64,000 bases of DNA from NCBI RefSeq assembly GCF_009914755.1, contig NC_060927.1, one strand, 5' to 3'. The notes under the pieces were generated by a model. It searched no databases. It had not been told where the DNA came from and was given only the letters and a program-made list of their open reading frames with translations. A program made the position numbers and the translations under genes. This stretch comes from the human T2T-CHM13v2.0 reference genome, Homo sapiens. This document shows, piece after piece, positions 26,387-40,162 of the stretch (position 1 is its first letter; the number at the start of each line of letters is the position of its first letter).

Positions 26387-29277
26387 CTATTGTCTATCAT
26401 TACACGAAGAAATCCCGTTTACTACGAAGGCCTCAAAGAGGTCCAAATATCCAGCTGTAGACATTACAAACTGAGTGTTTCCAAAGTGCTCTATGAAAAG
26501 AAGTGTTAAACACTGTGAGTTCAATGCACACATCCCAAAGCAGTTTCTGAGAATGATTCCGTCTATTTTTTCTACGAAGATATTTCCTTTTCTGCCGTTG
26601 GCCTCAAAGCGCTTGAAATCTCCACTTGCAAATTCCACAAAAAGAGAGTTTCAAATCTGCTCTGTCTAAAGGAAGGTTCAACTCTGTGAGTTGAATACAC
26701 ACCACAAAAAGAAGTTACTGAGAATTCTTCTGTCTAGCATTATATGAAAAATCCCGTTTCCAACGAAGGCCACAAAGAGGTCCAAATATCCACTTGCAGA
26801 TTCTGCAAAAAGAGTGTTTCCAAACTGCTCTATGAAAAGAAACGTTAAACTCTGTGAGTTGAACGCAAACATCACAAAGTAGTTTCTGAGAATGACTCCG
26901 TCTAGTTTTTATACGAAGATATTTCCTTTCCTACCATTCACTTCAAAGCGCTTGAAGTCTCCCCCTGAAAATTCCACAAAAAGTGTTTCCAATCTGCTCC
27001 GCCTAAAGGAAGTTTCAACTCTGTGACTTGAATACCCACAACCCAAAGAAGTTACTGAGAATTCTTCTGTCTAGCATTATATGAAGAAATCCCGTTTCCA
27101 ACGAAGGCCTCAAATACATCCAAATATCCAGTTGCTGACTTTACAAACTGAGTGTTTCCAAACTGCTCTATGAAAAGAAAGGTTAAACACTGTGAGTTGA
27201 ACACACACGTACCAAAGTAGTTTCTGAGAATGATTCTGTCTAGTTTGCATACGAAGATATTTCCTTTTCTACCATTGGCCTCAAAGCTCTGAAATCTCCA
27301 CTTGCAAATTCCACAAAAAGAGAGTTTCAAATCTGCTGTTTCTAAAGGAAAGTTCAACTCTGAGAGTTGAATACACACCAGAAAAAGCAGTTACTGAGAA
27401 GTCTTCTGTCTAGCATTATATGAAGAAATCCCATTTCCAACGAAGACTTCAAAGAGGTCCAAATATCCACTTGCAGATTCTGCAAAAAGAGTGTTTCGAA
27501 ACAACTGTATGAAAAGAAAGGTTAAACACTGTGAGTTGAACGCACACATTGCAAAGCAGTTTCTGAGAATGATTCCGTCTAATTATTATACGAAGGTATT
27601 TCTTTTTCTATCATTGGCCTCAAAGCGCTTGATACCTCCATCTGAAAATTCCACAAAAAGAGTGTTTCCAATCTACTCTGTCTAAAGGAACGTTCAACTC
27701 TGTGAGTTGAATACACACACACAGAAAGAATTCACTGAGAATTCTTCTGTCTGGCATTACATGAAGAAATCCCGTTTCCAACGAAGGCCTCAAAGAGGTC
27801 CAAATATCCACTTGCAGATTCTGCAAAAAGAGTGTTTCAAAACCGCTCCATTAAAAGGAATGTTGAACTCTGTGAGTTGAATGCAAACATCACAACTCAG
27901 TTGCTGAGAATGCTTCTGACTAGATTTTATGGTAAGATATTTCCTTTTCTACCGTAGGCTTCAATGCCCTCTAAATACACCCTTGCAAATTCTACAAAGA
28001 GACTGTTTCATAACTGCTCTATAGGAAGAAAGGTTCAACTCTGTGAGTTGAATGCAGAGATCACAACGTGGTTTCTGCGAATGATTCTTTGTAGTTTTTA
28101 CATGAAGATATTTCGTTGTCAACCGTAGGCTTCAAAGCACTCAAAGTATTCACTTGGAACTTTTACAAAAAGAGTGTTAGAAAACTGCTCTTTCCAAAGT
28201 AAGGTTCAACTCTGTGAGTTGAATGCACACATAACAATCAAGAAGTTTCTGAGAATTCTTCTGTCCTGGTTTATATGAAAAAATCCCGTTTCCAACAAAG
28301 GCCTCAAAGACGTTTAAATATCCACTTGCAGACTTCACAAACAGAGTGTTTCCAAACTGCTCTATGAAAAGAAAGGTTAAACTCTGTGAATTGAATGCAC
28401 ACATCACAAAGTAGTTTCTGAGAATGATACTGTCTAGTTTTTATACGAAGATATTTCCTTTCTACCATTGGCGTCAAAGCGCTAGAATTCTCCACTTGCA
28501 AATTCCACAAAAAGAGTGTTTCCAATCTGCTCTGTCTAAAGGAAGGTTCAACTCTGTGAGTTGAATACACACACACAAAGAAGCTACTGAGAATTCTTTT
28601 GTCAAGATTTATAAGAAGAAATCCCGTTTCCAACGAAGGCCTCAAAGATTTCCAAATATCCACTTGCACACTGCACAAACTGAGTCTTTCCAAACTGCTC
28701 TATGCAAAGAAATGTTCAACTCTGTGAGTTTAATGCACACATCACAAAGCAGTTTCTGAGAATGATACTGTCTAGTTTTTATACGAAGATATTTCCTTTT
28801 GTACCATTGGCCTCATACTGCTAGAATTTTCCACTTGCAAATTCCACAAAAAGAGTGTTTCCAATCTGCTCTGTCTAAAGGAAGGTTCAACTCTCTGATT
28901 TGAATACATACATCCCAAAAGAAGTTACTGAGAATTCTTCTGTCTAGCATTATGTGAAGAAATCCCGTTTCCAACGAAAGCCTCAAAGAGGTCCAAATAT
29001 CCAGTTGCAGAATTTACAAACTGACTGTTTCCAAACTCATCTATGAAAAGAAAGGTTGAACTCTGTGAGTTGAATGCACATATCACAAAGTAGTTCCTGA
29101 GAATGATTCTGTCTAGTTTTCATACGAAGATATTTCCTTTTCCACCAGTGGCCTCAAAGTGCTTGAAATCTCCCCTTGCAAATTCCACAGACAAGTGTTT
29201 CAAATCTGCACTGTCTAAAGGAAGGTTCAACCCTGTGAGTTGAATACACACACACAGAAAAAAATTCACTGAGAATT
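26387..29277 (-). repeat. One full-length 17-mer HOR period (2891 bp; phase arbitrary)
   Basis: The same anchor sequence (ctattgtctatcattacacgaag) occurs at 26387 and 29278. Confidence 0.95.
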
Positions 29278-32168
29278 CTATTGTCTATCATTACACGAAG
29301 AAATCCCGTTGACTACGAAGGCCTCAAAGAGGTCCAAATATCCAGCTGCAGACATTACAAACTGAGTGTTTCCAAAGTGCTCTATGAAAAGAAGTGTTAA
29401 ACACTGTGAGTTCAATGCACACATCCCAAAGCAGTTTCTGAGAATGATTCCGTCTATTTTTTCTACGAAGATATTTCCTTTTCTGCCGTTGGCCTCAAAG
29501 CGCTTGAAATCTCCACTTGCAAATTCCACAAAAAGAGAGTTTCAAATCTGCTCTGTCTAAAGGAAGGTTCAACTCTGTGAGTTGAATACACACCACAAAA
29601 AGAAGTTACTGAGAATTCTTCTGTCTAGCATTATATGAAAAATCCCGTTTCCAACGAAGGCCACAAAGAGGTCCAAATATCCACTTGCAGATTCTGCAAA
29701 AAGAGTGTTTCCAAACTGCTCTATGAAAAGAAACGTTAAACTCTGTGAGTTGAACGCAAACATCACAAAGTAGTTTCTGAGAATGACTCCGTCTAGTTTT
29801 TATACGAAGATATTTCCTTTCCTACCATTCACTTCAAAGCGCTTGAAGTCTCCCCCTGAAAATTCCACAAAAAGTGTTTCCAATCTGCTCCGCCTAAAGG
29901 AAGCTTCAACTCTGTGACTTGAATACCCACAACCCAAAGAAGTTACTGAGAATTCTTCTGTCTAGCATTATATGAAGAAATCCCGTTTCCAACGAAGGCC
30001 TCAAATACATCCAAATATCCAGTTGCTGACTTTACAAACTGAGTGTTTCCAAACTGCTCTATGAAAAGAAAGGTTAAACACTGTGAGTTGAACACACACG
30101 TACCAAAGTAGTTTCTGAGAATGATTCTGTCTAGTTTGCATACGAAGATATTTCCTTTTCTACCATTGGCCTCAAAGCTTTGAAATCTCCACTTGCAAAT
30201 TCCACAAAAAGAGAGTTTCAAATCTGCTGTTTCTAAAGGAAAGTTCAACTCTGAGAGTTGAATACACACCAGAAAAAGCAGTTACTGAGAAGTCTTCTGT
30301 CTAGCATTATATGAAGAAATCCCATTTCCAACGAAGACTTCAAAGAGGTCCAAATATCCACTTGCAGATTCTGCAAAAAGAGTGTTTTGAAACAACTGTA
30401 TGAAAAGAAAGGTTAAACACTGTGAGTTGAACGCACACATTGCAAAGCAGTTTCTGAGAATGATTCCGTCTAATTATTATACGAAGGTATTTCCTTTTCT
30501 ATCATTGGCCTCAAAGCGCTTGATACCTCCACCTGAAAATTCCACAAAAAGAGTGTTTCCAATCTACTCTGTCTAAAGGAACGTTCAACTCTGTGAGTTG
30601 AATACACACACACAGAAAGAATTCACTGAGAATTCTTCTGTCTGGCATTACATGAAGAAATCCCGTTTCCAACGAAGGCCTCAAAGAGGTCCAAATATCC
30701 ACTTGCAGATTCTGCAAAAAGAGTGTTTCAAAACCGCTCCATTAAAAGGAATGTTGAACTCTGTGAGTTGAATGCAAACATCACAACTCAGTTGCTGAGA
30801 ATGCTTCTGACTAGATTTTATGGTAAGATATTTCCTTTTCTACCGTAGGCTTCAATGCCCTGTAAATACACCCTTGCAAATTCTACAAAGAGACTGTTTC
30901 ATAACTGCTCTATAGGAAGAAAGGTTCAACTCTGAGAGTTGAATGCAGAGATCACAACGTGGTTTCTGCGAATGATTCTTTGTAGTTTTTACATGAAGAT
31001 ATTTCGTTGTCAACCGTAGGCTTCAAAACACTCAAAGTATTCACTTGGAACTTTTACAAAAAGAGTGTTAGAAAACTGCTCTTTCCAAAGTAAGGTTCAA
31101 CTCTGTGAGTTGAATGCACACATAACAATCAAGAAGTTTCTGAGAATTCTTCTGTCCTGGTTTATATGAAGAAATCCCGTTTCCAACGAAGGCCTCAAAG
31201 ACGTTTAAATATCCACTTGCAGACTTCACAAACAGAGTGTTTCCAAACTGCTCTATGAAAAGAAAGGTTAAACTCTGTGAGTTGAACGCACACATCACAA
31301 AGTAGTTTCTGAGAATGATACTGTCTAGTTTTTATACGAAGATATTTCCTTTCTACCATTGGCGTCAAAGCGCTAGAATTCTCCACTTGCAAATTCCACA
31401 AAAAGAGTGTTTCCAATCTGCTCTGTCTAAAGGAAGGTTCAACTCTGTGAGTTGAATACACACACACAAAGAAGCTACTGAGAATTCTTTTGTCAAGAAT
31501 TATAAGAAGAAATCCCGTTTCCAACGAAGGCCTCAAAGAGTTCCAAATATCCACTTGCACACTGCACAAACTAAGTCTTTCCAAACTGCTCTATGCAAAG
31601 AAATGTTGAACTCTGTGAGTTTAATACACACATCACAAAGCAGTTTCTGAGAATGATACTGTCTAGTTTTTATACGAAGATATTTCCTTTTGTACCATTG
31701 GCCTCATACTGCTAGAATTTTCCACTTGCAAATTCCACAAAAAGAGTGTTTCCAATCCGCTCTGTCTAAAGGAAGGTTCAACTCTCTGATTTGAATACAT
31801 ACATCCCAAAAGAAGTTACTGAGAATTCTTCTGTCTAGCATTATGTGAAGAAATCCCGTTTCCAACGAAAGCCTCAAAGAGGTCCAAATATCCAGTTGCA
31901 GAATTTACAAACTGACTGTTTCCAAACTCATCTATGAAAAGAAAGGTTAAACTCTGGGAGTTGAATGCACATATCACAAAGTAGTTCCTGAGAATGATTC
32001 TGTCTACTTTTCATACGAAGATATTTCCTTTTCCACCAATGGCCTCAAAGTGCTTGAAATCTCCCCTTGCAAATTCCACAGACAAGTGTTTCAAATCTGC
32101 ACTGTCTAAAGGAAGGTTCAACCCTGTGAGTTGAATACACACACACAGAAAAAAATTCACTGAGAATT

Positions 32169-34380
32169 CTATTGTCTATCATTACACGAAGAAATCCCGT
32201 TTACTACGAAGGCCTCAAAGAGGTCCAAATATCCAGCTGCAGACATTACAAACTGAGTGTTTCCAAAGTGCTCTATGAAAAGAAGTGTTAAACACTGTGA
32301 GTTCAATGCACACATCCCAAAGCAGTTTCTGAGAATGATTCCGTCTATTTTTTCTACGAAGATATTTCCTTTTCTGCCGTTGGCCTCAAAGCGCTTGAAA
32401 TCTCCACTTGCAAATTCCACAAAAAGAGAGTTTCAAATCTGCTCTGTCTAAAGGAAGGTTCAACTCTGTGAGTTGAATACACACCACAAAAAGAAGTTAC
32501 TGAGAATTCTTCTGTCTAGCATTATATGAAAAATCCCGTTTCCAACGAAGGCCACAAAGAGGTCCAAATATCCACTTGCAGATTCTGCAAAAAGAGTGTT
32601 TCCAAACTGCTCTATGAAAAGAAACGTTAAACTCTGTGAGTTGAACGCAAACATCACAAAGTAGTTTCTGAGAATGACTCCGTCTAGTTTTTATACGAAG
32701 ATATTTCCTTTCCTACAATTCACTTCAAAGCGCTTGAAGTCTCCCCCTGAAAATTCCACAAAAAGTGTTTCCAATCTGCTCCGCCTAAAGGAAGCTTCAA
32801 CTCTGTGAGTTGAATACCCACAACCCAAAGAAGTTACTGAGAATTCTTCTGTCTAGCATTATATGAAGAAATCCCGTTTCCAACGAAGGCCTCAAATACA
32901 TCCAAATATCCAGTTGCTGACTTTACAAACTGAGTGTTTCCAAACTGCTCTATGAAAAGAAAGGTTAAACACTGTGAGTTGAACACACACGTACCAAAGT
33001 AGTTTCTGAGAATGATTCTGTCTAGTTTGCATACGAAGATGTTTCCTTTTCTACCATTGGCCTCAAAGCTCTGAAATCTCCACTTGCAAATTCCACAAAA
33101 AGAGAGTTTCAAATCTGCTGTTTCTAAAGGAAAGTTCAACTCTGAGAGTTGAATACACACCAGAAAAAGCAGTTACTGAGAAGTCTTCTGTCTAGCATTA
33201 TATGAAGAAATCCCATTTCCAACGAAGACTTCAAAGAGGTCCAAATATCCACTTGCAGATTCTGCAAAAAGAGTGTTTCAAAACAACTGTATGAAAAGAA
33301 AGGTTAAACACTGTGAGTTGAACGCACACATTGCAAAGCAGTTTCTGAGAATGATTCCGTCTAATTATTATACGAAGGTATTTCCTTTTCTATCATTGGC
33401 CTCAAAGCGCTTGATACCTCCACCTGAAAATTCCACAAAAAGAGTGTTTCCAATCTACTCTGTCTAAAGGAACGTTCAACTCTGTGAGTTGAATACACAC
33501 ACACAGAAAGAATTCACTGAGAATTCTTCTGTCTGGCATTACATGAAGAAATCCCGTTTCCAACGAAGGCCTCAAAGAGGTCCAAATATCCACTTGCAGA
33601 TTCTGCAAAAAGAGTGTTTCAAAACCGCTCCATTAAAAGGAATGTTGAACTCTGTGAGTTGAATGCAAACATCACAACTCAGTTTCTGAGAATGCTTCTG
33701 ACTAGATTTTATGGTAAGATATTTCCTTTTCTACCGTAGGCTTCAATGCCCTCTAAATACACCCTTGCAAATTCTACAAAGAGACTGTTTCATAACTGCT
33801 CTATAGGAAGAAAGGTTCAACTCTGTGAGTTGAATGCAGAGATCACAACGTGGTTTCTGCGAATGATTCTTTGTAGTTTTTACATGAAGATATTTCGTTG
33901 TCAACCGTAGGCTTCAAAGCACTCAAAGTATTCACTTGGAACTTTTACAAAAAGAGTGTTAGAAAACTGCTCTTTCCAAATTAAGGTTCAACTCAGTAAG
34001 TTGAATGCACACATAACAATCAAGAAGTTTCTGAGAATTCTTCTGTCCTGGTTTATATGAAAAAATCCCGTTTCCAACGAAGGCCTCAAAGACGTTTAAA
34101 TATCCACTTGCAGACTTCACAAACAGAGGGTTTCCAAACTGCTCTATGAAAAGAAAGGTTAAACTCTGTGAGTTGAACGCACACATCACAAAGTAGCTTC
34201 TGAGAATGATTCTGTCTAGTTTTCATACGAAGATATTTCCTTTTCCACCAATGGCCTCAAAGTGCTTGAAATCTCCCCTTGCAAATTCCACAGACAAGTG
34301 TTTCAAATCTGCACTGTCTAAAGGAAGGTTCAACCCTGTGAGTTGAATACACACACACAGAAAAAAATTCACTGAGAATT
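32169..34380 (-). repeat. 13-mer HOR structural variant (2212 bp; 679 bp or 4 monomers missing), copy 1
   Basis: Anchor spacing is 2212. At 34200-34210 the sequence jumps from ...gaacgcacacatcacaaagtagcttc to tgagaatgattctgtctagttttcatacg...ccaccaatgg, skipping the ggcgtcaaagcgctag, gtcaagaattataag, gtaccattggcctcatac and catacatccc segments. Confidence 0.95.
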
Positions 34381-37300
34381 CTATTGTCTATCATTACACG
34401 AAGAAATCCCGTTTACTACGAAGGCCTCAAAGAGGTCCAAATATCCAGCTGCAGACATTACAAACTGAGTGTTTCCAAAGTGCTCTATGAAAAGAAGTGT
34501 TAAACACTGTGAGTTCAATGCACACATCCCAAAGCAGTTTCTGAGAATGATTCCGTCTATTTTTTCTACGAAGATATTTCCTTTTCTGCCGTTGGCCTCA
34601 AAGCGCTTGAAATCTCCACTTGCAAATTCCACAAAAAGAGAGTTTCAAATCTGCTCTGTCTAAAGGAAGGTTCAACTCTGTGAGTTGAATACACACCACA
34701 AAAAGAAGTTACTGAGAATTCTTCTGTCTAGCATTATATGAAAAATCCCGTTTCCAACGAAGGCCACAAAGAGGTCCAAATATCCACTTGCAGATTCTGC
34801 AAAAAGAGTGTTTCCAAACTGCTCTATGAAAAGAAACGTTAAACTCTGTGAGTTGAACGCAAACATCACAAAGTAGTTTCTGAGAATGACTCCGTCTAGT
34901 TTTTATACGAAGATATTTCCTTTCCTACCATTCACTTCAAAGCGCTTGAAGTCTCCCCCTGAAAATTCCACAAAAAGTGTTTCCAATCTGCTCCGCCTAA
35001 AGGAAGCTTCAACTCTGTGACTTGAATACCCACAACCCAAAGAAGTTACTGAGAATTCTTCTGTCTAGCATTATATGAAGAAATCCCGTTTCCAACGAAG
35101 GCCTCAAATACATCCAAATATCCAGTTGCTGACTTTACAAACTGAGTGTTTCCAAACTGCTCTATGAAAAGAAAGATTAAACACTGTGAGTTGAACACAC
35201 ACGTACCAAAGTAGTTTCTGAGAATGATTCTGTCTAGTTTGCATACGAAGATATTTCCTTTTCTACCATTGGCCTCAAAGCTTTGAAATCTCCACTTGCA
35301 AATTCCACAAAAAGAGAGTTTCAAATCTGCTGTTTCTAAAGGAAAGTTCAACTCTGAGAGTTGAATACACACCAGAAAAAGCAGTTACTGAGAAGTCTTC
35401 TGTCTAGCATTATATGAAGAAATCCCATTTCCAACAAAGACTTCAAAGAGGTCCAAATATCCACTTGCAGATTCTGCAAAAAGAGTGTTTCGAAACAACT
35501 GTATGAAAAGAAAGGTTAAACACTGTGAGTTGAACGCACACATTGCAAAGCAGTTTCTGAGAATGATTCCGTCTAATTATTATACGAAGGTATTTCCTTT
35601 TCTATCATTGGCCTCAAAGCACTTGATACCTCCACCTGAAAATTCCACAAAAAGAGTGTTTCCAATCTACTCTGTCTAAAGGAACGTTCAACTCTGTGAG
35701 TTGAATACACACACACAGAAAGAATTCACTGAGAATTCTTCTGTCTGGCATTACATGAAGAAATCCCGTTTCCAACGAAGGCCTCAAAGAGGTCCAAATA
35801 TCCACTTGCAGATTCTGCAAAAAGAGTGTTTCAAAACCGCTCCATTAAAAGGAATGTTGAACTCTGTGAGTTGAATGCAAACATCACAACTCAGTTTCTG
35901 AGAATGCTTCTGACTAGATTTTATGGTAAGATATTTCCTTTTCTACCGTAGGCTTCAATGCCCTGTAAATACACCCTTGCAAATTCTACAAAGAGACTGT
36001 TTCATAACTGCTCTATAGGAAGAAAGGTTCAACTCTGTGAGTTGAATGCAGAGATCACAACGTGGTTTCTGCGAATGATTCTTTGTAGTTTTTACATGAA
36101 GATATTTCGTTGTCAACCGTAGGCTTCAAAGCACTCAAAGTATTCACTTGGAACTTTTACAAAAAGAGTGTTAGAAAACTGCTCTTTCCAAAGTAAGGTT
36201 CAACTCTGTGAGTTGAATGCACACATAACAATCAAGAACTTTCTGAGAATTCTTCTGTCCTGGTTTATATGAAGAAATACCGTTTCCAACGAAGGCCTCA
36301 AAGACGTTTAAATATCCACTTGCAGACTTCACAAACAGAGGGTTTCCAAACTGCTCTATGAAAAGAAAGGTTAAACTCTGTGAGTTGAACGCACACATCA
36401 CAAAGTAGTTTCTGAGAATGATACTGTCTAGTTTTTATACGAAGATATTTCCTTTCTACCATTGGCGTCAAAGCGCTAGAATTCTCCACTTGCAAATTCC
36501 ACAAAAAGAGTGTTTCCAATCTGCTCTGTCTAAAGGAAGGTTCAACTCTGTGAGTTGAATACACACACACAAAGAAGCTACTGAGAATTCTTTTGTCAAG
36601 AATTATAAGAAGAAATCCCGTTTCCAATGAAGGCCTCAAAGAGTTCCAAATATCCACTTGCACACTGCACAAACTAAGTCTTTCCAAACTGCTCTATGCA
36701 AAGAAATGTTGAACACTGTGAGTTTAATACACACATCACAAAGCAGTTTCTGAGAATGATACTGTCTAGTTTTTATACGAAGATATTTCCTTTTGTACCA
36801 TTGGCCTCATACTGCTAGAATTTTCCACTTGCAAATTCCACAAAAAGAGTGTTTCCAATCCGCTCTGTCTAAAGGAAGGTTCAACTCTCTGATTTGAATA
36901 CATACATCCCAAAAGAAGTTACTGAGAATTCTTCTGTCTAGCATTATGTGAAGAAACCCCGTTTCCAACGAAAGCCTCAAAGAGGTCCAAATATCCAGTT
37001 GCAGAATTTACAAACTGACTGTTTCCAAACTCATCTATGAAAAGAAAGGTTAAACTCTGGGAGTTGAATGCACATATCACAAAGTAGTTCCTGAGAATGA
37101 TTCTGTCTAGTTTTCATACGAAGATATTTCCTTTTCCACCAATGGCCTCAAAGTGCTTGAAATCTCCCCTTGCAAATTCCACAGACAAGTGTTTCAAATC
37201 TGCACTGTCTAAAGGAAGGTTCAACCCTGTGAGTTGAATACACACACACAGAAAAAAATTCACTGAGAATTCTATTGTCTATCATTGCACGAAGAAATCC

Positions 37301-40162
37301 CGTTTACTACGAAGGCCTCAAAGAGGTCCAAATATCCAGCTGCAGACATTACAAACTGAGTGTTTCCAAAGTGCTCTATGAAAAGAAGTGTTAAACACTG
37401 TGAGTTCAATGCACACATCCCAAAGCAGTTTCTGAGAATGATTCCGTCTATTTTTTCTACGAAGATATTTCCTTTTCTGCCGTTGGCCTCAAAGCGCTTG
37501 AAATCTCCACTTGCAAATTCCACAAAAAGAGAGTTTCAAATCTGCTCTGTCTAAAGGAAGGTTCAACTCTGTGAGTTGAATACACACCACAAAAAGAAGT
37601 TACTGAGAATTCTTCTGTCTAGCATTATATGAAAAATCCCGTTTCCAACGAAGGCCACAAAGAGGTCCAAATATCCACTTGCAGATTCTGCAAAAAGAGT
37701 GTTTCCAAACTGCTCTATGAAAAGAAACGTTAAACTCTGTGATTTGAACGCAAACATCACAAAGTAGTTTCTGAGAATGACTCCGTCTAGTTTTTATACG
37801 AAGATATTTCCTTTCCTACCATTCACTTCAAAGCGCTTGAAGTCTCCCCCTGAAAATTCCACAAAAAGTGTTTCCAATCTGCTCCGCCTAAAGGAAGCTT
37901 CAACTCTGTGACTTGAATACCCACAACCCAAAGAAGTTACTGAGAATTCTTCTGTCTAGCATTATATGAAGAAATCCCGTTTCCAACGAAGGCCTCAAAT
38001 ACATCCAAATATCCAGTTGCTGACTTTACAAACTGAGTGTTTCCAAACTGCTCTATGAAAAGAAAGGTTAAACACTGTGAGTTGAACACACACGTACCAA
38101 AGTAGTTTCTGAGAATGATTCTGTCTAGTTTGCATACGAAGATATTTCCTTTTCTACCATTGGCCTCAAAGCTCTGAAATCTCCACTTGCAAATTCCACA
38201 AAAAGAGAGTTTCAAATCTGCTGTTTCTAAAGGAAAGTTCAACTCTGAGAGTTGAATACACACCAGAAAAAGCAGTTACTGAGAAGTCTTCTGTCTAGCA
38301 TTATATGAAGAAATCCCATTTCCAACGAAGACTTCAAAGAAGTCCAAATATCCACTTGCAGATTCTGCAAAAAGAGTGTTTCAAAACAACTGTATGAAAA
38401 GAAAAGTTAAACACTGTGAGTTGAACGCACACATTGCAAAGCAGTTTCTGAGAATGATTCCGTCTAATTATTATACGAAGGTATTTCCTTTTCTATCATT
38501 GGCCTCAAAGCGCTTGATACCTCCACCTGAAAATTCCACAAAAAGAGTGTTTCCAATCTACTCTGTCTAAAGGAACGTTCAACTCTGTGAGTTGAATACA
38601 CACACACAGAAAGAATTCACTGAGAATTCTTCTGTCTGGCATTACATGAAGAAATCCCGTTTCCAACGAAGGCCTCAAAGAGGTCCAAATATCCACTTGC
38701 AGATTCTGCAAAAAGAGTGTTTCAAAACCGCTCCATTAAAAGGAATGTTGAACTCTGTGAGTTGAATGCAAACATCACAACTCAGTTGCTGAGAATGCTT
38801 CTGACTAGATTTTCTGGTAAGATATTTCCTTTTCTACCGTAGGCTTCAATGCCCTGTAAATACACCCTTGCAAATTCTACAAAGAGACTGTTTCATAACT
38901 GCTCTATAGGAAGAAAGGTTCAACTCTGAGAGTTGAATGCAGAGATCACAACGTGGTTTCTGCGAATGATTCTTTGTAGTTTTTACATGAAGATATTTCG
39001 TTGTCAACCGTAGGCTTCAAAACACTCAAAGTATTCACTTGGAACTTTTACAAAAAGAGTGTTAGAAAACTGCTCTTTCCAAAGTAAGGTTCAACTCTGT
39101 GAGTTGAATGCACACATAACAATCAAGAAGTTTCTGAGAATTCTTCTGTCCTGGTTTATATGAAGAAATCCCGTTTCCAACGAAGGCCTCAAAGACGTTT
39201 AAATATCCACTTGCAGACTTCACAAACAGAGTGTTTCCAAACTGCTCTATGAAAAGAAAGGTTAAACTCTGTGAGTTGAACGCACACATCACAAAGTAGT
39301 TTCTGAGAATGATACTGTCTAGTTTTTATACGAAGATATTTCCTTTCTACCATTGGCGTCAAAGCGCTAGAATTCTCCACTTGCAAATTCCACAAAAAGA
39401 GTGTTTCCAATCTGCTCTGTCTAAAGGAAGGTTCAACTCTGTGAGTTGAATACACACACACAAAGAAGCTACTGAGAATTCTTTTGTCAAGAATTATAAG
39501 AAGAAATCCCGTTTCCAACGAAGGCCTCAAAGAGTTCCAAATATCCACTTGCACACTGCACAAACTAAGTCTTTCCAAACTGCTCTATGCAAAGAAATGT
39601 TGAACTCTGTGAGTTTAATACACACATCACAAAGCAGTTTCTGAGAATGATACTGTCTAGTTTTTATACGAAGATATTTCCTTTTGTACCATTGGCCTCA
39701 TACTGCTAGAATTTTCCACTTGCAAATTCCACAAAAAGAGTGTTTCCAATCCGCTCTGTCTAAAGGAAGGTTCAACTCTCTGATTTGAATACATACATCC
39801 CAAAAGAAGTTACTGAGAATTCTTCTGTCTAGCATTATGTGAAGAAATCCCGTTTCCAACGAAAGCCTCAAAGAGGTCCAAATATCCAGTTGCAGAATTT
39901 ACAAACTGACTGTTTCCAAACTCATCTATGAAAAGAAAGGTTAAACTCTGGGAGTTGAATGCACATATCACAAAGTAGTTCCTGAGAATGATTCTGTCTA
40001 CTTTTCATACGAAGATATTTCCTTTTCCACCAATGGCCTCAAAGTGCTTGAAATCTCCCCTTGCAAATTCCACAGACAAGTGTTTCAAATCTGCACTGTC
40101 TAAAGGAAGGTTCAACCCTGTGAGTTGAATACACACACACAGAAAAAAATTCACTGAGAATT

